64,000 nt of DNA from a virus (taxonomy: Duplodnaviria > Caudoviricetes), in IMG/VR virus record IMGVR_UViG_3300025141_000018; one strand, 5' to 3'. The notes beneath the pieces are model-generated. The model searched no databases. It had not been told where the DNA came from and saw only the letters and a program-made list of their open reading frames with translations. The translations under genes and the position numbers were made by a program. Below are positions 18,526-28,383 of this stretch, piece by piece. Each line of letters begins with the position of its first letter. Position 1 is the first letter of the stretch.

Positions 18526-19806
18526 ATGAATATAGGATTTATAGGATTAGGTAAACTAGGTCTTGAATGTGCCGAGGCAATGGCAGGTACTCATTATTAC
18601 CAAGACTCAACGTTTAACATGTCGGTAACTGGTTATGATATAGTAAAAAGAACTAGTAATAAGATTACTATTACAGACGATATAAAAAATACAGTAATAG
18701 ATAAAGATTTTGTTTTTATTGCCGTACAAACACCCCACAACCCAAAATATGATGGTAGTATTCCTACATCGCATTTAGAAAACAAAGAGTTTGATTATTC
18801 TTATGTCGAAGATGTATTACATAAAATTAAAAATTATATAACTAAAGATCAAAATATAATTCTTATTAGTACTGTATTACCAGGAACGTGTCGCGAACGA
18901 TTTATTCCAATAATCGAAAATACAAATTGTAATTTTATATATAATCCGTACTTAATTGCAATGGGTACAACTGCATGGGACATGTTAAATCCTGAAATGG
19001 TTATTATAGGCAATGCCGACGGAACCCGAGAATTGGATTCTCCGACAAGCAAATTAATACAGTTTTATAAAATAATAATGCAAAAGCATGATACAAGATT
19101 TGAAGTAGGTACATGGGACGAAGCAGAATGTATTAAAATTTTTTATAATACATTTATATCAGCAAAAGTTGGACTTGTTAATATGATACAAGATGTTGCT
19201 GAACGCAGTGGTAATATAAATTGTGATATTGTTGCTAATGCTATTGCCAAATGTACACAACGTATTATGGGTAAAGCATATATGAAACCAGGTATGGGCG
19301 ATGGTGGGCCTTGTCATCCTAGAGACAATATTGCATTACGATATCTAGCAGAAAAATTAGATTTAGGGTATGATTTATTTGATGCTATAATGACCGCAAG
19401 AGAAGTTCAAGCAAAGCGTATGGCTGAAAAACTTATTAGTTTTAACATGCCGATTGTTATTTTAGGAAAATCATTTAAACCTGATGTTGAATTTACAGAT
19501 GGCAGTAGTAGTATGTTAGTAGGTCATTATGTAAAAGAACTTGCCCCACATTTAGATTTATATTACGACGAAAACCCACAAAATACATTTGAACCTATTA
19601 CAGAAGAAATACACGATATACCTTGTGTATATTTGTTAGGGCATAGAGGCAAACACCATAATTTTACCTTTAATTGGGATAGTATTATTGTAGATCCATG
19701 GCGAGAGTTTACAACAGATAATCATCACAATTCACTTATAGGAATTAAAAAAGTAATACATTATGGAAATACACGATCATTTGATTACAAGTGGTTGCAG
19801 TTTTAG
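18526..19806 (+). CDS. ugd: UDP-glucose/GDP-mannose dehydrogenase family protein
   Basis: IGFIGLGKLG Rossmann, FIAVQTP, STVLPGT, YNPYLIAMG, catalytic GGPCHPRD, GKSFKP. Confidence 0.9.
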   Translation: MNIGFIGLGKLGLECAEAMAGTHYYQDSTFNMSVTGYDIVKRTSNKITITDDIKNTVIDKDFVFIAVQTPHNPKYDGSIPTSHLENKEFDYSYVEDVLHKIKNYITKDQNIILISTVLPGTCRERFIPIIENTNCNFIYNPYLIAMGTTAWDMLNPEMVIIGNADGTRELDSPTSKLIQFYKIIMQKHDTRFEVGTWDEAECIKIFYNTFISAKVGLVNMIQDVAERSGNINCDIVANAIAKCTQRIMGKAYMKPGMGDGGPCHPRDNIALRYLAEKLDLGYDLFDAIMTAREVQAKRMAEKLISFNMPIVILGKSFKPDVEFTDGSSSMLVGHYVKELAPHLDLYYDENPQNTFEPITEEIHDIPCVYLLGHRGKHHNFTFNWDSIIVDPWREFTTDNHHNSLIGIKKVIHYGNTRSFDYKWLQF

Positions 19807-20527
19807 TGAGGTCAGAGATCTCAACACTTGGCCTTATTACATACAGCAACATTACAATATTAGTGCAAATCATTATGGTATGGGCAGTCAAGGTAATGGA
19901 TTGATATCAAGGAAAGCACATTGGGCAATAGAAAAATACAAAGACAGATCTCTTTTAGTTATGGTCATGTGGAGTCATCCAGGTAGACATGAATTTTATG
20001 ATAGCAATCAGTCTGATCTAACTTACAATAAGTATAGTGTTAATTTTATACCAGGTGTTGCAAGTGGTAGTTGGGGAATAATAAACTATAACTGGGACAG
20101 CCATAAAAATAAAGATATAAAATGGCTTGCTCCACATGATACAGCAACTATAGAAAAGTGTAAAGCATTTTACAATAGTATCTACAATGATGTGTATATG
20201 CAAATTCTAACATTAGAACATATACTAAGATTACAAACATATCTAAAATTTAACAAAATAAATTATGTATTTATGAAGTATACTGACGAAGTTTTTGCTT
20301 TTGAGGATAACCCAGAATGTTCATGGTTATACCGACAATTGGACTTTGATAATTTTATTGAACAGTCTTGCTTTGAATGGTGTAGAGATTATAGTGGTAT
20401 TGATATGCCTAAAACGTATTATACAAAAGATAATAAACATCGGGCAGTTTGGTTTGAACATCCTAATACACAACAACACGAAAGATATGCACATGATGTG
20501 ATAGTGCCGCATTTGGCGAGAGTTTAG
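19763..20527 (+). CDS. SGNH-like protein
   Basis: ITSGCSFSE, TWP, YGMGSQGN, EHPNTQQH. Confidence 0.6.
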   Translation: MEIHDHLITSGCSFSEVRDLNTWPYYIQQHYNISANHYGMGSQGNGLISRKAHWAIEKYKDRSLLVMVMWSHPGRHEFYDSNQSDLTYNKYSVNFIPGVASGSWGIINYNWDSHKNKDIKWLAPHDTATIEKCKAFYNSIYNDVYMQILTLEHILRLQTYLKFNKINYVFMKYTDEVFAFEDNPECSWLYRQLDFDNFIEQSCFEWCRDYSGIDMPKTYYTKDNKHRAVWFEHPNTQQHERYAHDVIVPHLARV

Positions 20528-20549
20528 AACAGAATGGAGATACACAAAA

Positions 20550-22037
20550 ATGATACTTAAAAACATTAATAAAAATGAGGGGGAAAACCCTGTGCTACTC
20601 GAATGGATACCTACTCTTTTTAAATTACACATATCAGAAACATATTATAAAGATAAAAATCAATGGAATAAATTATTATCATTTATTGATTTTAATGTAA
20701 AAGATCATAAAATGAGTATCGAAGATACGATATATGATGAGAATGGCGCAAAGATTATAATTATAAATCTTCTATGCAAAAATCTTCTTAGTGACTGTCG
20801 TTATTTCCATCCAAGAACAACCTTCAACGCGACATTGCTTCCTTTATATAAACATAATTTATATAGGGGATTCCGCAATATGAAACATATAACACCAGAA
20901 AAAGAATATTATTACTATTTTATAAATTTTGGTGACATATTGTTTTCTTATTTGTATAAGAACAGGCCTGATTCGTATAATTTAAAAGATAAAATAAAAT
21001 TTACTATTAATGATATTTTAAAAACAAAGTTAGATGAAGGCAATACAAAAATATTATTAAACACATCTAACGAATGTGTTGTTCCTGAATTAGTGGAATG
21101 GGATTATTTTTATGATATGGTTCAACGACCTCCGACTGATTTTATTCATTTAACAGGCGATGCAAGATTACAAACTTCTGATTATATACCTACAATATAT
21201 CATAATTGTTGGGAAAGAGCGGTATGTACATATAAAATGCACTACGCCGAACATATAATGAAAAAAATAGAAAATATTAAAAAGAAAAAAGAAGTTAAAT
21301 GGCATGGGTTATGTTTAAACAGAATTACTAAACCTCATCGAATTATAATGTGTAAATTTTTTGATGAACACTTAAAAGATAAAATAAATTACAGTTTTGG
21401 TATTCAGACTTTAACTTTTCATGAACTACATCCCGGATTTAAAGGTGGGGATCACGAAAAGTTAAAGACGATTGATAAGATTTTGATAGGCAACGAATGG
21501 TTTTATGGAACAGATAATTTTAAAGAAAAGCGAGACGATACACAAATTTGGATTAAAAATCATGGAGAAAAAAATGCCGACAATGATTATTGTGATATGG
21601 GTTATAACATGAATAGTGAAATGCATGAAGATTCATATCATAACTCATATTTTAATATTGTTACTGAATCAGCTTGCCATGAATGGGAGGAGTCTACAAC
21701 ATTTCTTACTGAAAAAATTTTTAAACCAATATTATGGTATCAACCATTTATAATAGTTGGCCAGCCATATTCAATAGACTTTTTAAGGAAGTGTCATTAT
21801 GATGTTTTTGATGATATAATAGATCATTCATATGACGAGGTGTCACCTTTTGTAGAAAGAATTGATCTAATTAAGAAGGAAATAAAACGCCTTTGTGAAA
21901 TATCTAAGAAAGAATGGGCCGATATTCTTTACAATATTTTACCTAGATTAAGTATAAATCATAAAACATTAGAAAAAGCCTTTTTAAAATTTAATGAATT
22001 AGACAGACCTTTATACAAAGGAGAATATTTAACTTAA
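20550..22037 (+). CDS. GT10-like protein, copy 4 of 4
   Basis: LCLNRITKPHR, NIVTESA, FLTEKIFKPILWYQPFIIVG, YDVFDDIIDHSYD; ggag SD upstream. Confidence 0.5.
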   Translation: MILKNINKNEGENPVLLEWIPTLFKLHISETYYKDKNQWNKLLSFIDFNVKDHKMSIEDTIYDENGAKIIIINLLCKNLLSDCRYFHPRTTFNATLLPLYKHNLYRGFRNMKHITPEKEYYYYFINFGDILFSYLYKNRPDSYNLKDKIKFTINDILKTKLDEGNTKILLNTSNECVVPELVEWDYFYDMVQRPPTDFIHLTGDARLQTSDYIPTIYHNCWERAVCTYKMHYAEHIMKKIENIKKKKEVKWHGLCLNRITKPHRIIMCKFFDEHLKDKINYSFGIQTLTFHELHPGFKGGDHEKLKTIDKILIGNEWFYGTDNFKEKRDDTQIWIKNHGEKNADNDYCDMGYNMNSEMHEDSYHNSYFNIVTESACHEWEESTTFLTEKIFKPILWYQPFIIVGQPYSIDFLRKCHYDVFDDIIDHSYDEVSPFVERIDLIKKEIKRLCEISKKEWADILYNILPRLSINHKTLEKAFLKFNELDRPLYKGEYLT

Positions 22038-22759
22038 TGAATAAAATAAATTACATAGTCGAATGGATTAAAAAATATGCTGTTGATAATAATTTTTCTA
22101 ATCTAGTTATAGGAATTTCTGGCGGTATAGATTCTGCTTTAACAAGTACTCTTTGTTGTATGACAGAATTAAATGTACACGCACTAAACATGCCAATACA
22201 TTCTGCAGATAAAAATACTCAAAATTCAAGAACCCATTGTAACTGGTTAGAAAATAAATTTAATAATGTGACAGTTTATGAAATAGACCTATCACAAGTA
22301 TATGACGGTTTTAAAAATACAATGTCTAATTTTGAAAATGAACTAGGGTTTGCAAATTCGAAAGCCAGGTTACGTATGACTACTCTGTATCAAGTTGCTT
22401 CGAGTGTTAAAGGTTTGGTGGTAGGTACCGGTAATAAAGTAGAAGATTTTGGTGTTGGGTTTTATACAAAATACGGTGACGGTGGTGTAGATATTTCTCC
22501 TATTGCAGATTTATATAAAACTGAGGTATATAAATGTGCGGAACAGTTAGATATACACGAAGATATTTTAAATGCGCCACCAACAGATGGCCTATGGGAA
22601 GACAACAGAACTGACCAAGATCAATTAGGTTTGTCATATGAAATATTAGAACAATGTATGGAAAATAAAGCAAGTGACGAGCATCAAAAAATATATAATA
22701 AAATCCGGAAACCAAATTTACATAAAATAATTCCTATTCCAATTTGTAGACTAACCTAG
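22037..22759 (+). CDS. nadE: NH3-dependent NAD+ synthetase
   Basis: GISGGIDSA PP-loop, NSKARLRM, GTGNKVE, FYTKYGDGGVDISPIADLYKTEV, PTDGLW. Confidence 0.9.
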   Translation: MNKINYIVEWIKKYAVDNNFSNLVIGISGGIDSALTSTLCCMTELNVHALNMPIHSADKNTQNSRTHCNWLENKFNNVTVYEIDLSQVYDGFKNTMSNFENELGFANSKARLRMTTLYQVASSVKGLVVGTGNKVEDFGVGFYTKYGDGGVDISPIADLYKTEVYKCAEQLDIHEDILNAPPTDGLWEDNRTDQDQLGLSYEILEQCMENKASDEHQKIYNKIRKPNLHKIIPIPICRLT

Positions 22760-22761
22760 AT

Positions 22762-23373
22762 ATGAAACTTACATTAAGTTATATTTGTGCTAACATACTT
22801 ATATATGATACTGTAAAAACATTAAAAGACAAGTACGACATTGGGATTCATATAGATTTAATGGATGGGCATTTTGTACCACGACTTGGTGTACAACCGG
22901 AATTAATTGATCTTTTAAAAAACGAATGTAATGTACCTGTTGATGTACATTGTATGATTACTGCTAATAACCACGCCTGGAAAGATGTGTTAAATAGTAA
23001 TGCAGACGTAATTTATGCACACTACGAAGCATTTCACAGTAAAGAACACACACTAAAATTTTTAAAGCAAGACAGCCGACTACAACTAGCATTTAAACCG
23101 CAATGGACTATTCAACAAATAAATGAAATTTGTAATGAAATGGGCGTCGATGATTACTTACTAATGGCATACAATCCTGGTATAACAAAACAAGATTCAT
23201 TTTATGATTTAAAAAAGATAGCAAATACTACTCGTAAAGTAACAGTAGATGGCGGAGTTGATTTTGGAGTGTTAGAAGATTTTATAAGTAACAATAAAGT
23301 TAACCTAGTAGCAGGTAGCAAATTAATATTCAATTCAGAATATAAACAAAACGTAGAAAGATTATTATGTTAA
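22762..23373 (+). CDS. Ribulose-phosphate 3-epimerase family protein (Rpe/AlsE-like)
   Basis: HIDLMDGHFVP, DVHCM, LMAYNPG, VDGGV, VAGS. Confidence 0.8.
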   Translation: MKLTLSYICANILIYDTVKTLKDKYDIGIHIDLMDGHFVPRLGVQPELIDLLKNECNVPVDVHCMITANNHAWKDVLNSNADVIYAHYEAFHSKEHTLKFLKQDSRLQLAFKPQWTIQQINEICNEMGVDDYLLMAYNPGITKQDSFYDLKKIANTTRKVTVDGGVDFGVLEDFISNNKVNLVAGSKLIFNSEYKQNVERLLC

Positions 23374-23732
23374 AAGGAACAGAATTAATTAGTATAGCAA
23401 AACAATATTTTGATGCGTGGAATAACCAAAATACAAATGCATTAGATTTTTTATTTACTGAAGACGTTACACTAACAGATTGGGAAATAAGTGAAAATGG
23501 AAAAGAAAAAGTGTTACAAGCAAATCAAAATATATTTAATAGCGTTAACGACATAGAAGCACAAGTGCAAGACATAGGCTATAATGATAATAAAGTTTAT
23601 GCAGAATTAATTATAGAAGTACTCACGTTGGATGCAACAAACGAGGCCGAACGTGAAAAAATAAAAGTACTCGATGTAATAACAATCGAAGACGATAGTC
23701 GAATTTCGAGTATTAGTGCATATAAACAATGA
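23367..23732 (+). CDS. NTF2/SnoaL-like fold protein
   Basis: YFDAWN..N...L..LFTEDV.L.DW...G...V, C-terminal VLDVITI...ISSISAY. Confidence 0.7.
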   Translation: MLKGTELISIAKQYFDAWNNQNTNALDFLFTEDVTLTDWEISENGKEKVLQANQNIFNSVNDIEAQVQDIGYNDNKVYAELIIEVLTLDATNEAEREKIKVLDVITIEDDSRISSISAYKQ

Positions 23733-25135
23733 ATTTATTAATCCCTTGTTCCGGTCCAGGCACAAGATCAAACAGTTACGCAAAATTTCATAAAGCATTG
23801 GTGCGAATAGGTGATAAAGCAGTATTATCGCACATCATAGATTCGTACGAAAATATAGATACAATTTATATCTTATTAGGCTCGCAAGCCGAGTACATAA
23901 AGCAATATATTGATCATTGTAATTATACTAATATAGAGTTTATAGAAATTGAAAACTGGAATGATTCACAGTTTACAAGTTTTAAACAAATACCTAAGCA
24001 TGTATTTGACAAGCCATTCTATTATAATGCCTGTGATAATTGGACTCCGCATGTACCGGTTGTTGAAGAAAATACTATTTTTAATTATAACTCACCACAT
24101 AAAGAATTATATGATAGTTGGAACGAAGCCTCACCAGATAGTTTTTATGCAGGTATAAGTCATGTTAAAGATACTACAAGGTTTTATAATATTTTACACA
24201 ACTCTAACGAAACACGCAACGATTTAAACATATATCATGAGTTTGATGAAGTAAATGAAGTTATGTTAAAAGAATGGTATGATGTAGGTAATGTTGAAGC
24301 CTACATGGCGGCAACTGCATTTTTTAAAAGTAATTATGACTTATTAGATAAATCCAATCAAGAAATTTATTACGTTAATAATAGAGTTATAAAACTATTT
24401 AAAAATACAGTTGAGGAGTTGCAACAATCGCTAGAGTCAAATCATTGCTTCCCTCATCCAAGTCCTTTACACGGAACTAACAATGGTATTAGTTATGATT
24501 TTGTCGAAGGTAAAGTTAATTTAGATGTAGATTATGATTACTTATTAGACAATCTTTGTAAGTTATGGGACTTTACTTTAGCAAATAATAAAACAATTAC
24601 TAATAAAGCAATTTGGCAAGATAAGACCTGGCAACGTTTTGAAATGATATGTGACAAGTATCCTGAATATGCTGATACAGTAACAATAAATCAAATACAA
24701 ATAGATCCTTTTAGAACACTAGAAAAAATTAATTGGACTATATTAAACAACGGAGTAGAAGGCCCATGTCATGGCGACTTAGTACTAGACAATATTATTA
24801 TTAATCATAATAAAATTAATTATATTGATCATCGCGAAGGTAACGTGGGTGATATTTTTTACGATATATGTAAATTTTATCATAGTTTATACTTGCACAA
24901 TATAAACTTACAACGTACAGAGTATTCAATTGAATCTGTTAACCTACCATTAACTGAGGTAGATCTAGAACGTATAAATAAATTTAAACAAACAACTTTA
25001 TATCAAACATACAGATTAAAAATAGAATTAGGAGTTGCATGTATTTGGTTAAGCATGTCTCCGTTAAATGTTAATGACGATTTAAATAGATTTTTATTTT
25101 TATTTGCCTTAAATCATATAAACAAACATGTCTGA
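23729..25135 (+). CDS. Nucleotidyltransferase fused to an APH/choline-kinase-like phosphotransferase
   Basis: N-terminal LIPCSGPGTR...KALVRIGDK; C-terminal CHGDL.LDNI...YID...GD.FYDI.K. Confidence 0.8.
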   Translation: MNLLIPCSGPGTRSNSYAKFHKALVRIGDKAVLSHIIDSYENIDTIYILLGSQAEYIKQYIDHCNYTNIEFIEIENWNDSQFTSFKQIPKHVFDKPFYYNACDNWTPHVPVVEENTIFNYNSPHKELYDSWNEASPDSFYAGISHVKDTTRFYNILHNSNETRNDLNIYHEFDEVNEVMLKEWYDVGNVEAYMAATAFFKSNYDLLDKSNQEIYYVNNRVIKLFKNTVEELQQSLESNHCFPHPSPLHGTNNGISYDFVEGKVNLDVDYDYLLDNLCKLWDFTLANNKTITNKAIWQDKTWQRFEMICDKYPEYADTVTINQIQIDPFRTLEKINWTILNNGVEGPCHGDLVLDNIIINHNKINYIDHREGNVGDIFYDICKFYHSLYLHNINLQRTEYSIESVNLPLTEVDLERINKFKQTTLYQTYRLKIELGVACIWLSMSPLNVNDDLNRFLFLFALNHINKHV

Positions 25136-25607
25136 ATTTTGGAAAGAAATCCCCGAAGTATACAACGCAACTAACGAACAAACAATTTTAACACAAATTA
25201 CTAATGCTCGTAATATTGTTTTTGTAGCAAAAGGTAGAGTAGGGTTAGTTACAAAAATGTTTATGCAACGTTTAATTCAATATGGGCATAATTGTTATTG
25301 GGCCGATGATTTACATATACCAAAACTTAATTTTAAAGACCTAGTTATATTTGTTACTGCAAGCGGGCACACTAAAAGCTCGTGGATTTATTTAGAAATA
25401 GCAGACGAAATTCATGCTAAAACAATGGCAATAACATTTAATGATACAGGGCGTATAACTAGAGGAGTTAAAACCGCAGTTATATATGAAGAAAAAAGCA
25501 ATAGCATGCCAATGAAATCATATTATGAATTAGCATTTTTATATATTTTTGAAAAACTATTAACTACGTTTGATACAGATAAGTTTCAACACACAAATTT
25601 TGAATGA
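25128..25607 (+). CDS. SIS-domain sugar-phosphate isomerase (6-phospho-3-hexuloisomerase-like)
   Basis: IVFVAKGRVGLV.KMF.QRL...G, DLVIFVTASGHT, MAIT, MPMKSYYE. Confidence 0.7.
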   Translation: MSEFWKEIPEVYNATNEQTILTQITNARNIVFVAKGRVGLVTKMFMQRLIQYGHNCYWADDLHIPKLNFKDLVIFVTASGHTKSSWIYLEIADEIHAKTMAITFNDTGRITRGVKTAVIYEEKSNSMPMKSYYELAFLYIFEKLLTTFDTDKFQHTNFE

Positions 25608-25942
25608 AAAGAATTATATATGTAGACATTGATGGTACCATTTGTACTGAACGGCCTAATATTGCAAAATCAGCAGTAGACTATGAAACCGTAAAACCTC
25701 TTAAAGAAAGAATTGATATTATCAATAAATTATATGATGAAGGAAATGAAATTCATTATTGGACTGCACGAGGAACAAGTTCAGGACTTGACTGGACAGA
25801 TCTTACTAAAGGACAATTAAAAGAATGGGGTGCTAAGTATCACGAATTACATGTTGGAAATAAACCACACTTCGACATTTATATTTGTGATAAATCATTC
25901 CAAGCGGATATGTGGTTTAAAAATCAAACAATAATGACATGA
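25604..25942 (+). CDS. HAD-family phosphatase (capsule-biosynthesis type)
   Basis: IYVDIDGTIC, WTARG, GNKP.FDIYICDKS. Confidence 0.8.
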   Translation: MKRIIYVDIDGTICTERPNIAKSAVDYETVKPLKERIDIINKLYDEGNEIHYWTARGTSSGLDWTDLTKGQLKEWGAKYHELHVGNKPHFDIYICDKSFQADMWFKNQTIMT

Positions 25943-27432
25943 TAGAATGGGGAATATCTGCACTATCTCACGATGCGGCTTTAGCAGTAATTAAAGATAA
26001 TGAATTAGTTTATGCTTCGCACTCAGAACGATATAGCAGAATAAAAAACGACAAATACTTACACAGGAACTTATTACATGATGCATTGCGTCACGGAAGT
26101 CCTGATGTCGTTTACTATTATGAAAAGCCTCTATTAAAACTTACACGACAATTATACGCAAAGCAATGGAATTCGTTTAACAAATATAATTCTCGAGCAT
26201 TAATTAATCATGTAAAAGATGATTTAGGTTTTACATTTAAGCAAGAGTTACGTCAATATAATATGTCGCATCATCTATCACATGCGGCTGGAGGATACTT
26301 TACATCTCAGTATAAAGATGCTACAATAGTAGTAATTGACGCCATAGGTGAATGGGAAGTTCTAACCATATGGAAAGCAGAAGGAAATAAACTTAAAAAG
26401 ATAGCCTCACGGAACTATCCGCATTCGTTAGGTTTATTCTATTCTGCAATGACACAACGGTGTGGGCTGAAGCCTAACGAGGAAGAATATATCCTTATGG
26501 GCATGTCAGCGTTAGGAGAGCCACACCGTTTCTATGGGGAGTTACTTGACGTATTTTTTAATACAAACTTTGCACCATTTCCAAAATTTAAACACAATTT
26601 ACACAGAGGCTGTACGTGGTGGAGACCCGAAGGATTAAAGGCAACAGATATATATGATGTTGCCGCCGCTACACAACAAATATATGAAGATATATTAGAT
26701 GATATAATGCAATGGGCGTACAAAGCAGGCTCAAGTAATAACTTAGTGTTTACAGGTGGTTGTGCATTAAATTGTGTAGCAAATAGTAAAATAGCAAAGT
26801 ATTGGGATAATATATGGATCATGCCTAGTCCGGGAGATTCAGGATCAGCAATAGGTGCAATATTAGCAAATAAACAAGAACATATAAAATGGCCTGGCCC
26901 ATATCTAGGACACGAAATAACAGGAGAGTATCCAACAGTTAAAGTAATAAACGAATTATATAAAAATAAAATTGTAGGAGTGGCATCCGGTAAAGCAGAA
27001 TTTGGACCACGTGCATTAGGTAATAGATCTTTACTTGCCGATCCACGTGGTAAAAATATTAAAGACTTAGTAAACAAATATAAAAAACGTGAACCATTTA
27101 GACCATTTGCACCAATGATATTAGAAGAATGTGCAAACGAAGTATTTGATATGCCAGTAAGTAGTTCTCCATATATGCAGTTTACAGCCAAATGTAAAAG
27201 ACCAGACGAGTTTCCTGCTATTGTACATTATGATGGTACAAGCAGAGTACAAACAGTCGGGCCTAAAGATAATAAAGAAATACGTGCATTATTAGAAGCA
27301 TGGTATGTTAAAACAGGATGTCCTTTATTGTTAAACACAAGTTTAAATGTTAAAGGAGAGCCGTTAGTAAATACTATTGAAGACGCACAGCGATTTGAAA
27401 AACTTAATAAGTTAAAGGTTGTTACACCATGA
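25939..27432 (+). CDS. Carbamoyltransferase (NodU/CmcH/TobZ family)
   Basis: SHDAA, SERYSR.K, HHLSHA, DAIGE, EYILMG, GGCALNC, GDSGSAIG, EFGPRALGNRS, KKREPFRPFAP, DGTSRVQ, LLNTSLN. Confidence 0.92.
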   Translation: MIEWGISALSHDAALAVIKDNELVYASHSERYSRIKNDKYLHRNLLHDALRHGSPDVVYYYEKPLLKLTRQLYAKQWNSFNKYNSRALINHVKDDLGFTFKQELRQYNMSHHLSHAAGGYFTSQYKDATIVVIDAIGEWEVLTIWKAEGNKLKKIASRNYPHSLGLFYSAMTQRCGLKPNEEEYILMGMSALGEPHRFYGELLDVFFNTNFAPFPKFKHNLHRGCTWWRPEGLKATDIYDVAAATQQIYEDILDDIMQWAYKAGSSNNLVFTGGCALNCVANSKIAKYWDNIWIMPSPGDSGSAIGAILANKQEHIKWPGPYLGHEITGEYPTVKVINELYKNKIVGVASGKAEFGPRALGNRSLLADPRGKNIKDLVNKYKKREPFRPFAPMILEECANEVFDMPVSSSPYMQFTAKCKRPDEFPAIVHYDGTSRVQTVGPKDNKEIRALLEAWYVKTGCPLLLNTSLNVKGEPLVNTIEDAQRFEKLNKLKVVTP

Positions 27433-27566
27433 AAGAAAAGATTAAACGAAAATTAGAAGTTATATGGTATTATATCTCATGGCCCTATAATTATATAAAA
27501 CTAGAAATTCGTTATAGGAAAAAATTAAAAGCACTTCGCGAACAAGACCCGTTCATTTATGATTGA
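27429..27566 (+). CDS. Small 45-aa protein (missed by the ORF track)
   Basis: MKEKIKRKLEVIWYYISWPYNYIKLEIRYRKKLKALREQDPFIYD*; ATGA-coupled to the carbamoyltransferase and overlaps the next start, filling the gap exactly. Confidence 0.75.
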   Translation: MKEKIKRKLEVIWYYISWPYNYIKLEIRYRKKLKALREQDPFIYD

Positions 27567-28383
27567 AACAAAAAAACTTCTAGATCGTATTGAGTTATTA
27601 TTTCCATGTAAAGAAAATATACGCTTCAGGCGTGCAGTATTGGACCATGACTTTGAAGCCATAAGATATGTTCTTGAAGAATTAAATCAATATAAACCTT
27701 GGTCATCTTTTTTACACAACTTAATAAAAAAAGTTAGAGACTTTCCTGAAATTGAAGCATGTTTACATGCATCACAAATACAATCAAAACAATGGTTATT
27801 ACAGGAATTTAAAAATTTATTATTCCAACCGGATTCACAGTACATACGAACGGTGTTTATATATGGAGGATGGTATGGTATACTAGCAGGAATTTTATTT
27901 GCTCATTTAAATGTAGATAAAATAAGAAATTTCGATATTGATCCTAATTGTTATGAGCTTGCACGAAAAATAAATGTCGAACAAACGCAAACATGGGCCT
28001 TTACCCATGCTACATTAGATGTAAACAATATTGAATATCGTAAAGATGAAGACGACGGATGGGTTACAGAAGTTGAATACTTTAATAATAAAGGCGAAGG
28101 TAGTGTATTAGAGGAACGCCCACATATTATTATTAATACAAGTGCAGAACATATGGCTCCTAAGTGGTATCGTAATTTACCTGAAAACATTCTTATAATA
28201 ATACAATCTAATAATTATGATGATTTAGACGAACATATATATTGTGTAAAAGATTTAGCAGATATGAAAGAAAAATATCCGATGTCTGAAATTTTTTATG
28301 AAGGCGAATTAGATCAATTAGGACAACCTGTACGAGGCATACCAAAACAATATAAACGATTTATGCTAATAGGAAGAAAATGA
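27559..28383 (+). CDS. Class I SAM-dependent methyltransferase-like protein (short form)
   Basis: IYGGWYG, NFDIDP, IINTSAEH, IQSNNY, YKRFMLIG. Confidence 0.6.
   Translation: MIETKKLLDRIELLFPCKENIRFRRAVLDHDFEAIRYVLEELNQYKPWSSFLHNLIKKVRDFPEIEACLHASQIQSKQWLLQEFKNLLFQPDSQYIRTVFIYGGWYGILAGILFAHLNVDKIRNFDIDPNCYELARKINVEQTQTWAFTHATLDVNNIEYRKDEDDGWVTEVEYFNNKGEGSVLEERPHIIINTSAEHMAPKWYRNLPENILIIIQSNNYDDLDEHIYCVKDLADMKEKYPMSEIFYEGELDQLGQPVRGIPKQYKRFMLIGRK

Noticed and set aside
19763-20545. atgga(a/g)atacac (MEIH) at the start of 19763 and again at 20534
   Set aside because: Only 12 bp with a mismatch, and the second copy is explained as the ggag SD of the next gene.
22762-25942. Complete Kdo biosynthesis pathway (prompted by the SIS, HAD, NTase and KdoO-like genes)
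   Set aside because: No KdsA synthase in the window, the SIS looks PHI-like rather than KdsD-like, and the NTase is fused to a kinase unlike KdsB.
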